From positions 3,658,001-3,722,000 of the forward strand of contig OZ059897.1 in the NCBI GenBank assembly GCA_964057225.1: 64,000 bases of DNA. The letters run 5' to 3'. Made by a program: the position numbers and the translations under genes. Source of the DNA: Auanema rhodensis (lineage: Eukaryota; Animalia; Nematoda). This document shows, one piece after another, positions 1-11,583 of this stretch. Each line of letters begins with the position of its first letter. Within the stretch, counting starts at the first letter, position 1. The notes under the pieces were generated by a model. It did not search any database and was not told where the DNA came from. It worked only from the letters and a program-made list of their open reading frames with translations.

Positions 1-25
1 ATAGAGCGTTTCTCAATGTAGTATA

Positions 26-95
26 GTGCATTCGATGCGGATTTTTAAGCTGCGTGGATCTGTGTTATCAGATTTGAGTTAGCTTAAAAATGCAC
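26..95. repeat. Intra-monomer long inverted repeat (recurs in every monomer, with variants)
   Basis: ATTTTTAAGCT (41-51) pairs with AGCTTAAAAAT (81-91). Inner stem is ATCTG (58-62) / CAGAT (69-73). Outer stem is GTGCA (26-30) / TGCAC (91-95). Confidence 0.9.
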
Positions 96-280
96 CGAGA
101 TATCAACTGATATATGTTCACACTTATATCCTCGATTTTCACCCTGAAGAAATGATTTTTTCGTTGAATAACATTGTCCATCGTCTTCGTCTTGAAAAAA
201 GGAATCTAAAAACATCTACTTTTTGTGAAATTATTCAGAAATTTTTCGGGAAAATTTTTGTCAAAATGTTTTTGGAAGCA

Positions 281-322
281 ATGTTGAGTGTACATGGGAA
301 CTCAACATACACTAATGCATTA
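281..322. repeat. Intra-monomer hairpin/palindrome cluster (recurs in every monomer)
   Basis: ATGTTGAGT (281-289) / ACTCAACAT (300-308) with a 10-nt loop; AGTGTA (287-292) / TACACT (308-313); perfect palindrome TAATGCATTA (313-322). Confidence 0.9.
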
Positions 323-2457
323 TTTTTCAAACGATCATAACTAATTTTTGTATAGAGCGTTTCTCAATGTAGTATAGTGCATTCGATGCGGATTTTTAAG
401 CTGCGTTGATCTGTGTTATCAGATTTGAGTTAACTTAAAAATGCACCGAGATATCAACTGATATATGTTCACACTTATATCCTCGATTTTCACCCTGAAG
501 AGATGATTTTTTCGTTGAATAACATTGTCCATCGTCTTCGTCTTGAAAAAAGGAATCTAAAAACATCTACTTTTTGTGAAATTATTTAGAAATTTTTCGG
601 GAAAATTTTTGTCAAAATGTTTTTGGAAGCAATGTTGAGTGTACATGGGAACTCAACATACACTAATGCATTATTTTTCAAACGATCATAACTTATTTTT
701 GTATAGAGCGTTTCTCAATGTAGTATAGTGCATTCGATGCGGATTTTTAAGCTGCGTGGATCTGTGTTATCAGATTTGAGTTAGCTTAAAAATGCACCGA
801 GATATCAACTGATATAGGTTCACACTTATATCCTCGATTTTTACCCTGAAGAAATGATTTTTTCGTTGAAAAACATTGTCCATCGTATTCGTCTTGAAAA
901 AAGGAATCTAAAAACATCTACTTTTTGTGAAATTATTTAGAAATTTTTCGGGAAAATTTTTGTCAAAATGTTTTTGGAAGCAATGTTGAGTTTACATGGG
1001 AACTCAACATACACTAATGCATTATTTTTCAAACGATCATATCTAATTTTTGTATAGAGCGTTTCTCAATGTGGTATAGTGCATTCGATGCGGATTTTTA
1101 AGCTGCGTTGATCTGTGTTATCAGATTTGAGTTAACTTAAAAATGCACCGAGATATCAACTGATATATGTTCACACTTATATCCTCGATTTTCACCCTGA
1201 AGAGATGATTTTTTCGTTGAATAACATTGTCCATCGTCTTCGTCTTGAAAAAAGGAATCTAAAAACATCTACTTTTTGTGAAATTATTTAGAAATTTTTC
1301 GGGAAAATTTTTGTCAAAATGTTTTTGGAAGCAATGTTGAGTGTACATGGGAACTCAACATACACTAATGCATTATTTTTCAAACGATCATAACTTATTT
1401 TTGTATAGAGCGTTTCTCAATGTAGTATAGTGCATTCGATGCGGATTTTTAAGCTGCGTGGATCTGTGTTATCAGATTTGAGTTAGCTTAAAAATGCACC
1501 GAGATATCAACTGATATAGGTTCACACATATATCCTCGATTTTCACCCTGAAGAAATGATTTTTTCGTTGAAAAACATTGTCCATCGTATTCGTCTTGAA
1601 AAAAGGAATCTAAAAACATCTACTTTTTGTGAAATTATTTAGAAATTTTTCGGGAAAATTTTTGTCAAAATGTTTTTGGAAGCAATGTTGAGTTTACATG
1701 GGAACTCAACATACACTAATGCATTATTTTTCAAACGATCATAACTAATTTTTGTATAGAGCGTTTCTCAATGTAGTATAGTGCATTCGATGCGGATTTT
1801 TAAGCTGCGTTGATCTGTGTTATCAGATTTGAGTTAACTTAAAAATGCACCGAGATATCAACTGATATATGTTCACACTCATATCCCCGATTATCACCCT
1901 GAAGAATTGATTTTTTCGTTGAAAAACATTGTCCATCGTATTTTTCTTGAAAAAAGGAATCTAAAAACATCTACTTTTTGTGAAATTATTTAGAAATTTT
2001 TCGGGAAAATTTTTGTCAAAATGTTTTTGGAAGCAATGTTGAGTGTACATGGGAACTCAACATACACTAATGCATTATTTTTCAAACGATCATAACTAAT
2101 TCTTGTATAGAGCGTTTCTCAATGTAGTATAGTGCATTCGATGCGGATTTTTAAGCTGCGTTGATCTGTGTTATCAGATTTGAGTTAGCTTAAAAATGCA
2201 CCGAGATATCAACTGATATATGTTCACACTTATATCCTCGATTTTCACCCTGAAGAGATGATTTTTTCGTTGAATAACATTGTCCATCGTCTTCGTCTTG
2301 AAAAAAGGAATCTAAAAACATCTACTTTTTGTGAAATTATTTAGAAATTTTTCGGGAAAATTTTTGTCAAAATGTTTTTGGAAGCAATGTTGAGTGTACA
2401 TGGGAACTCAACATACACTAATGCATTATTTTTCAAACGATCATAACTAATTTTTGT

Positions 2458-5400
2458 AAATAGCGTTTCTCAATGTAGTATAGTGCATTCGATGCGGATT
2501 TTTAAGCTGCGTGGATCTGTGTTATCAGATTTGAGTTAGCTTAAAAATGCACCGAGATATCAACTGATATAGGTTCACACTTATATCCTCGATTTTCACC
2601 CTGAAGAAATGATTTTTTCGTTGAAAAACATTGTCCATCGTATTCGTCTTGAAAAAAGGAATCTAAAAACATCTACTTTTTGTGAAATTATTTAGAAATT
2701 TTTCGGGAAAATTTTTGTCAAAATGTTTTTGGAAGCAATGTTGAGTTTACATGGGAACTCAACATACACTAATGCATTATTTTTCAAACGATCATAACTA
2801 ATTTTTGTATAGAGCGTTTCTCAATGTAGTATAGTGCATTCGATGCGGATTTTTAAGCTGCGTTGATCTGTGTTATCAGATTTGAGTTAACTTAAAAATG
2901 CACCGAGATATCAACTGATATATGTTCACACTCATATCCCCGATTATCACCCTGAAGAATTGATTTTTTCGTTGAAAAACATTGTCCATCGTATTTTTCT
3001 TGAAAAAAGGAATCTAAAAACATCTACTTTTTGTGAAATTATTTAGAAATTTTTCGGGAAAATTTTTGTCAAAATGTTTTTGGAAGCAATGTTGAGTGTA
3101 CATGGGAACTCAACATACACTAATGCATTATTTTTCAAACGATCATAACTAATTCTTGTATAGAGCGTTTCTCAATGTAGTATAGTGCATTCGATGCGGA
3201 TTTTTAAGCTGCGTTGATCTGTGTTATCAGATTTGAGTTAGCTTAAAAATGCACCGAGATATCAACTGATATATGTTCACACTTATATCCTCGATTTTCA
3301 CCCTGAAGAAATGATTTTTTCGTTGAATAACATTGTCCATCGTCTTCGTCTTGAAAAAAGGAATCTAAAAACATCTACTTTTTGTGAAATTATTTAGAAA
3401 TTTTTCGGGAAAATTTTTGTCAAAATGTTTTTGGAAGCAATGTTGAGTGTACATGGGAACTCAACATACACTAATGCATTATTTTTCAAACGATCATAAC
3501 TAATTTTTGTATAGAGCGTTTCTCAATGTGGTATAGTGCATTCGATGCGGATTTTTAAGCTGCGTTGATCTGTGTTATCAGATTTGAGTTAACTTAAAAA
3601 TGCACCGAGATATCAACTGATATATGTTCACACTTATATCCTCGATTTTCACCCTGAAGAGATGATTTTTTCGTTGAATAACATTGTCCATCGTCTTCGT
3701 CTTGAAAAAAGGAATCTAAAAACATCTACTTTTTGTGAAATTATTTAGAAATTTTTCGGGAAAATTTTTGTCAAAATGTTTTTGGAAGCAATGTTGAGTG
3801 TACATGGGAACTCAACATACACTAATGCATTATTTTTCAAACGATCATAACTAATTTTTGTATAGAGCGTTTCTCAATGTAGTATAGTGCATTCGATGCG
3901 GATTTTTAAGCTGCGTTGATCTGTGTTATCAGATTTGAGTTAACTTAAAAATGCACCGAGATATCAACTGATATATGTTCACACTCATATCCTCGATTAT
4001 CACCCTGAAGAATTGATTTTTTCGTTGAAAAACATTGTCCATCGTATTTTTCTTGAAAAAAGGAATCTAAAAACATCTACTTTTTGTGAAATTATTTAGA
4101 AATTTTTCGGGAAAATTTTTGTCAAAATGTTTTTGGAAGCAATGTTAAGTGTACATGGGAACTCAACATACACTAATGCATTATTTTTCAAACGATCATA
4201 ACTAATTTTTGTATAGAGCGTTTCTCAATGTAGTATAGTGCATTCGATGCGGATTTTTAAGCTGCGTTGATCTGTGTTATCAGATTTGAGTTAACTTAAA
4301 AATGCACCGAGATATCAACTGATATATGTTCACACTTATATCCTCGATTTTCACCCTGAAGAAATGATTTTTTCGTTGAAAAACATTGTCCATCGTATTC
4401 GTCTTGTAAAAAGGAATCTAAAAACATCTACTTTTTGTGAAATTATTTAGAAATTTTTCGGCAAAATTTTTGTCAAAATGTTTTTGGAAGCAATGTTGAG
4501 TGTACATGGGAACTCAACATTCACTAATGCATTATTTTTCAAACGATCATAACTAATTTTTGTATAGAGCGTTTCTCATTGTAGTATAATGCATTCGATG
4601 CGGATTTTTAAGCTGCTTTGATCTGTGTTATCAGATTTGAGTTAACTTAAAAATGCACCGAGATATCAACTGATATAGGTTCACACTTATATCCTCGATT
4701 TTCACCCTGAAGAAATGATTTTTTCGTTGAAAAACATTGTCCATCGTCTTCGTCTTGAAAAAAGGAATCCAAAAACATCTACTTTTTGTAAAATTATTTA
4801 GAAATTTTTCGGGAAACTTTTTGTCAAAATGTTTTTGGAAGCAATGTTGAGTGTACATGGGAACTCAACATACACTAATGCATTATTTTTCAAACGATCA
4901 TAACTAATTTTTGTATAGAGCGTTTCTCAATGTAGTATAGTGCATTCGATGCGGATTTTTAAGCTGCGTTGATCTGTGTTATCAGATTTGAGTTAACTTA
5001 AAAATGCACCGAGATATCAACTGATATATGTTCACACTCATATCCTCGATTATCACCCTGAAGAATTGATTTTTTCGTTGAAAAACTATGTCCATCGTAT
5101 TTTTCTTGAAAAAAGGAATCTAAAAACATCTACTTTTTGTGAAATTATTTAGAAATTTTTCGGGAAAATTTTTGTCAAAATGTTTTTGGAAGCAATGTTG
5201 AGTGTACATGGGAACTCAACATACACTAATGCATTATTTTTCAAACGATCATAACTAATTTTTGTAAATAGCGTTTCTCAATGTAGTATAGTGCATTCGA
5301 TGCGGATTTTTAAGCTGCGTGGATCTGTGTTATCAGATTTGAGTTAGCTTAAAAATGCACCGAGATATCAACTGATATAGGTTCACACTTATATCCTCGA

Positions 5401-8073
5401 TTTTCACCCTGAAGAAATGATTTTTTCGTTGAAAAACATTGTCCATCGTATTCGTCTTGAAAAAAGGAATCTAAAAACATCTACTTTTTGTGAAATTATT
5501 TAGAAATTTTTCGGGAAAATTTTTGTCAAAATGTTTTTGGAAGCAATGTTGAGTTTACATGGGAACTCAACATACACTAATGCATTATTTTTCAAACGAT
5601 CATAACTAATTTTTGTATAGAGCGTTTCTCAATGTAGTATAGTGCATTCGATGCGGATTTTTAAGCTGCGTTGATCTGTGTTATCAGATTTGAGTTAACT
5701 TAAAAATGCACCGAGATATCAACTGATATATGTTCACACTCATATCCCCGATTATCACCCTGAAGAATTGATTTTTTCGTTGAAAAACATTGTCCATCGT
5801 ATTTTTCTTGAAAAAAGGAATCTAAAAACATCTACTTTTTGTGAAATTATTTAGAAATTTTTCGGGAAAATTTTTGTCAAAATGTTTTTGGAAGCAATGT
5901 TGAGTGTACATGGGAACTCAACATACACTAATGCATTATTTTTCAAACGATCATAACTAATTCTTGTATAGAGCGTTTCTCAATGTAGTATAGTGCATTC
6001 GATGCGGATTTTTAAGCTGCGTTGATCTGTGTTATCAGATTTGAGTTAGCTTAAAAATGCACCGAGATATCAACTGATATATGTTCACACTTATATCCTC
6101 GATTTTCACCCTGAAGAAATGATTTTTTCGTTGAATAACATTGTCCATCGTCTTCGTCTTGAAAAAAGGAATCTAAAAACATCTACTTTTTGTGAAATTA
6201 TTTAGAAATTTTTCGGGAAAATTTTTGTCAAAATGTTTTTGGAAGCAATGTTGAGTGTACATGGGAACTCAACATACACTAATGCATTATTTTTCAAACG
6301 ATCATAACTAATTTTTGTATAGAGCGTTTCTCAATGTGGTATAGTGCATTCGATGCGGATTTTTAAGCTGCGTTGATCTGTGTTATCAGATTTGAGTTAA
6401 CTTAAAAATGCACCGAGATATCAACTGATATATGTTCACACTTATATCCTCGATTTTCACCCTGAAGAGATGATTTTTTCGTTGAATAACATTGTCCATC
6501 GTCTTCGTCTTGAAAAAAGGAATCTAAAAACATCTACTTTTTGTGAAATTATTTAGAAATTTTTCGGGAAAATTTTTGTCAAAATGTTTTTGGAAGCAAT
6601 GTTGAGTGTACATGGGAACTCAACATACACTAATGCATTATTTTTCAAACGATCATAACTAATTTTTGTATAGAGCGTTTCTCAATGTAGTATAGTGCAT
6701 TCGATGCGGATTTTTAAGCTGCGTTGATCTGTGTTATCAGATTTGAGTTAACTTAAAAATGCACCGAGATATCAACTGATATATGTTCACACTCATATCC
6801 TCGATTATCACCCTGAAGAATTGATTTTTTCGTTGAAAAACATTGTCCATCGTATTTTTCTTGAAAAAAGGAATCTAAAAACATCTACTTTTTGTGAAAT
6901 TATTTAGAAATTTTTCGGGAAAATTTTTGTCAAAATGTTTTTGGAAGCAATGTTGAGTGTACATGGGAACTCAACATACACTAATGCATTATTTTTCAAA
7001 CGATCATAACTAATTTTTGTATAGAGCGTTTCTCAATGTAGTATAGTGCATTCGATGCGGATTTTTAAGCTGCGTTGATCTGTGTTATCAGATTTGAGTT
7101 AACTTAAAAATGCACCGAGATATCAACTGATATATGTTCACACTTATATCCTCGATTTTCACCCTGAAGAAATGATTTTTTCGTTGAAAAACATTGTCCA
7201 TCGTATTCGTCTTGTAAAAAGGAATCTAAAAACATCTACTTTTTGTGAAATAATTTAGAAATTTTTCGGCAAAATTTTTGTCAAAATGTTTTTGGAAGCA
7301 ATGTTGAGTGTACATGGGAACTCAACATTCACTAATGCATTATTTTTCAAACGATCATAACTAATTTTTGTATAGAGCGTTTCTCATTGTAGTATAATGC
7401 ATTCGATGCGGATTTTTAAGCTGCTTTGATCTGTGTTATCAGATTTGAGTTAACTTAAAAATGCACCGAGATATCAACTGATATAGGTTCACACTTATAT
7501 CCTCGATTTTCACCCTCAAGAAATGATTTTTTCGTTGAAAAACATTGTCCATCGTCTTCGTCTTGAAAAAAGGAATCCAAAAACATCTACTTTTTGTAAA
7601 ATTATTTAGAAATTTTTCGGGAAAATTTTTGTCAAAATGTTTTTGGAAGCAATGTTGAGTGTACATGGGAACTCAACATACACTAATGCATTATTTTTCA
7701 AACGATCATAACTAATTTTTGTATAGAGCGTTTCTCAATGTAGTATAGTGCATTCGATGCGGATTTTTAAGCTGCGTTGATCTGTGTTATCAGATTTGAG
7801 TTAACTTAAAAATGCACCGAGATATCAACTGATATATGTTCACACTCATATCCTCGATTATCACCCTGAAGAATTGATTTTTTCGTTGAAAAACTATGTC
7901 CATCGTATTTTTCTTGAAAAAAGGAATCTAAAAACATCTACTTTTTGTGAAATTATTTAGAAATTTTTCGGGAAAATTTTTGTCAAAATGTTTTTGGAAG
8001 CAATGTTGAGTGTACATGGGAACTCAACATACACTAATGCATTATTTATCAAACGATCATAACTAATTCTTGT
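2458..8073 (+). repeat. Local higher-order duplication, 8-monomer period (2808 bp) x2
   Basis: The ordered variant series (gtttac; atcccc; gtggta; cttgta/cggc/attcac; gcttt/aatcc/tgtaaa; aactatg) in 2458-5265 repeats in 5266-8073. Minus-strand ORFs at 4631 and 7439 are 2808 bp apart. Confidence 0.9.
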
Positions 8074-10300
8074 ATAGAGCGTTTCTCAATGTAGTATAGT
8101 GCATTCGATGCGGATTTTTAAGCTACGTTGATCTGTGTTATCAGATTTGAGTTAGCTTAAAAATGCACCGAGATATCAACTGATATAAGTTCACACTTAT
8201 ATCCTCGTTTTTCACCCTGAAGAATTAATTTTTTCGTTGAATAACATTGTCCATCGTCTTCGCCTTAAAAAAAAGAATCTAAAAACATCTACTTTTTGTG
8301 AAATAATTTAGAAATTTTTCGGGAAAATTTTTGTCAAAATGTTTTTGGAAGCAATGTTGAGTGTACATGGGAACTCAACATACACTAATGCATTATTTTT
8401 CAAACGATCATAACTAATTTTTGTATAGAGCGTTTCTCAATGTGGTATAGTGCATTCGATGCGGATTTTTAAGCTGCGTTGATCTGTGTTATCAGATTTG
8501 AGTTAACTTAAAAATGCACCGAGATATCAACTGATATATGTTCACACTTATATCCTCGATTTTCACCCTGAAGAGATGATTTTTTCGTTGAATAACATTG
8601 TCCATCGTCTTCGTCTTGAAAAAAGGAATCTAAAAACATCTACTTTTTGTGAAATTATTTAGAAATTTTTCGGGAAAATTTTTGTCAAAATGTTTTTGGA
8701 AGCAATGTTGAGTGTACATGGGAACTCAACATACACTAATGCATTATTTTTCAAACGATCATAACTAATTTTTGTATAGAGCGTTTCTCAATGTAGTATA
8801 GTGCATTCGATGCGGATTTTTAAGCTGCGTTGATCTGTGTTATCAGATTTGAGTTAACTTAAAAATGCACCGAGATATCAACTGATATATGTTCACACTC
8901 ATATCCTCGATTATCACCCTGAAGAATTGATTTTTTCGTTGAAAAACATTGTCCATCGTATTTTTCTTGAAAAAAGGAATCTAAAAACATCTACTTTTTG
9001 TGAAATTATTTAGAAATTTTTCGGGAAAATTTTTGTCAAAATGTTTTTGGAAGCAATGTTGAGTGTACATGGGAACTCAACATACACTAATGCATTATTT
9101 TTCAAACGATCATAACTAATTTTTGTATAGAGCGTTTCTCAATGTAGTATAGTGCATTCGATGCGGATTTTTAAGCTGCGTTGATCTGTGTTATCAGATT
9201 TGAGTTAACTTAAAAATGCACCGAGATATCAACTGATATATGTTCACACTTATATCCTCGATTTTCACCCTGAAGAAATGATTTTTTCGTTGAAAAACAT
9301 TGTCCATCGTATTCGTCTTGTAAAAAGGAATCTAAAAACATCTACTTTTTGTGAAATAATTTAGAAATTTTTCGGCAAAATTTTTGTCAAAATGTTTTTG
9401 GAAGCAATGTTGAGTGTACATGGGAACTCAACATTCACTAATGCATTATTTTTCAAACGATCATAACTAATTTTTGTATAGAGCGTTTCTCATTGTAGTA
9501 TAATGCATTCGATGCGGATTTTTAAGCTGCTTTGATCTGTGTTATCAGATTTGAGTTAACTTAAAAATGCACCGAGATATCAACTGATATAGGTTCACAC
9601 TTATATCCTCGATTTTCACCCTCAAGAAATGATTTTTTCGTTGAAAAACATTGTCCATCGTCTTCGTCTTGAAAAAAGGAATCCAAAAACATCTACTTTT
9701 TGTAAAATTATTTAGAAATTTTTCGGGAAAATTTTTGTCAAAATGTTTTTGGAAGCAATGTTGAGTGTACATGGGAACTCAACATACACTAATGCATTAT
9801 TTTTCAAACGATCATAACTAATTTTTGTATAGAGCGTTTCTCAATGTAGTATAGTGCATTCGATGCGGATTTTTAAGCTGCGTTGATCTGTGTTATCAGA
9901 TTTGAGTTAACTTAAAAATGCACCGAGATATCAACTGATATATGTTCACACTCATATCCTCGATTATCACCCTGAAGAATTGATTTTTTCGTTGAAAAAC
10001 TATGTCCATCGTATTTTTCTTGAAAAAAGGAATCTAAAAACATCTACTTTTTGTGAAATTATTTAGAAATTTTTCGGGAAAATTTTTGTCAAAATGTTTT
10101 TGGAAGCAATGTTGAGTGTACATGGGAACTCAACATACACTAATGCATTATTTATCAAACGATCATAACTAATTCTTGTATAGAGCGTTTCTCAATGTAG
10201 TATAGTGCATTCGATGCGGATTTTTAAGCTACGTTGATCTGTGTTATCAGATTTGAGTTAGCTTAAAAATGCACCGAGATATCAACTGATATATGTTCAC
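6319..10300 (+). repeat. Local duplication, 6-monomer period (2106 bp)
   Basis: Private variants aaataatt, ccctcaag and tttatcaaac recur 2106 bp later. ORFs 7439 and 9545 are 2106 bp apart. Confidence 0.88.
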
Positions 10301-11583
10301 ACTTATATCCTCGATTTTCACCCTGAAGAAATGATTTTTTCGTTGAAAAACATTGTCCATCGTATTCGTCTTGAAAAAAGGAATCTAAAAACATCTACTT
10401 TTTGTGAAATTATTTAGAAATTTTTCGGGAAAATTTTTGTCAAAATGTTTTTGGAAGCAATGTTGAGTGTACATGGGAACTCAACATACACTAATGCATT
10501 ATTTTTCAAACGATCATAACTAATTTTTGTATAGAGCGTTTCTCAATGTAGTATAGTGCATTCGATGCGGATTTTTAAGCTGCGTTGATCTGTGTTATCA
10601 GATTTGAGTTAACTTAAAAATGCACCGAGATATCAACTGATATATGTTCACACTCATATCCTCGATTATCACCCTGAAGAATTGATTTTTTCGTTGAAAA
10701 ACTATGTCCATCGTATTTTTCTTGAAAAAAGGAATCTAAAAACACCTACTTTTTGTGAAATTATTCAGAAATTTTTCGGGAAAATTTTTGTCAAAATGTT
10801 TTTGGAAGCAATGTTGAGTGTACATGGGAACTCAACATACACTAATGCATTATTTTTCAAACGATCATAACTAATTCTTGTATAGAGCGTTTCTCAATGT
10901 AGTATAGTGCATTCGATGCGGATTTTTAAGCTACGTTGATCTGTGTTATCAGATTTGAGTTAGCTTAAAAATGCACCGAGATATCAACTGATATATGTTC
11001 ACACTTATATCCTCGATTTTCACCCTGAAGAAATGATTTTTTCGTTGAATAACATTGTCCATCGTCTTCGTCTTGAAAAAAGGAATCTAAAAACATCTAC
11101 TTTTTGTGAAATTATTTAGAAATTTTTCGGGAAAATTTTTGTCAAAATGTTTTTGGAAGCAATGTTGAGTGTACATGGGAACTCAACATACACTAATGCA
11201 TTATTTTTCAAACGATCATAACTAATTCTTGTATAGAGCGTTTCTCAATGTAGTATAGTGCATTCGATGCGGATTTTTAAGCTGCGTTGATCTGTGTTAT
11301 CAGATTTGAGTTAACTTAAAAATGCACCGAGATATCAACTGATATATGTTCACACTCATATCCTCGATTATCACCCTGAAGAATTGATTTTTTCGTTGAA
11401 AAACTATGTCCATCGTATTTTTCTTGAAAAAAGGAATCTAAAAACACCTACTTTTTGTGAAATTATTCAGAAATTTTTCGGGAAAATTTTTGTCAAAATG
11501 TTTTTGGAAGCAATGTTGAGTGTACATGGGAACTCAACATACACTAATGCATTATTTTTCAAACGATCATAACTAATTTTTGT

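Larger units (their letters stand above)
1..351 (+). repeat. Representative monomer (phase arbitrary), ~32% GC, 11 CpG
   Basis: Hand count gives 60 G and 53 C in 351 nt. The next copy starts at 352. Confidence 0.97.

Noticed and set aside
159-176. CENP-B box-like TTCGTTGAA(A/T)AAC (closest variant TTCGTTGGAAAAC at ~48949)
   Set aside because: It matches only the TTCG....A half of the NTTCGNNNNANNCGGGN core. The essential CGGG is absent at the required spacing.
152-340. Recurrent 61-62 aa + strand ORF (MIFSL...FFKRS) as a multicopy gene
   Set aside because: It lies wholly inside the monomer. It is open only when monomer position 236 is C (CAG); most copies have TAG or lack the start. The F/K/I/L-rich composition simply reflects A/T tracts, and I recognise no domain.
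1-351. Tandem 5S rRNA, tRNA, snRNA or spliced-leader gene repeat
   Set aside because: I could not recognise a 5S sequence, cloverleaf, Pol III A/B boxes or SL exon. An Rfam/Infernal scan would be needed to exclude a divergent ncRNA formally.
4579-4595. Bacterial -10-like TATAAT in some monomers
   Set aside because: It is a single G->A variant of TATAGT in AT-rich repeat DNA, with no gene context.
4631-4858. 75 aa minus-strand ORFs (also 7439, 9545) and the 63 aa ORF at 47173
   Set aside because: These are chance read-throughs created by a few variants in one duplicated monomer type. They are useful only as duplication markers.
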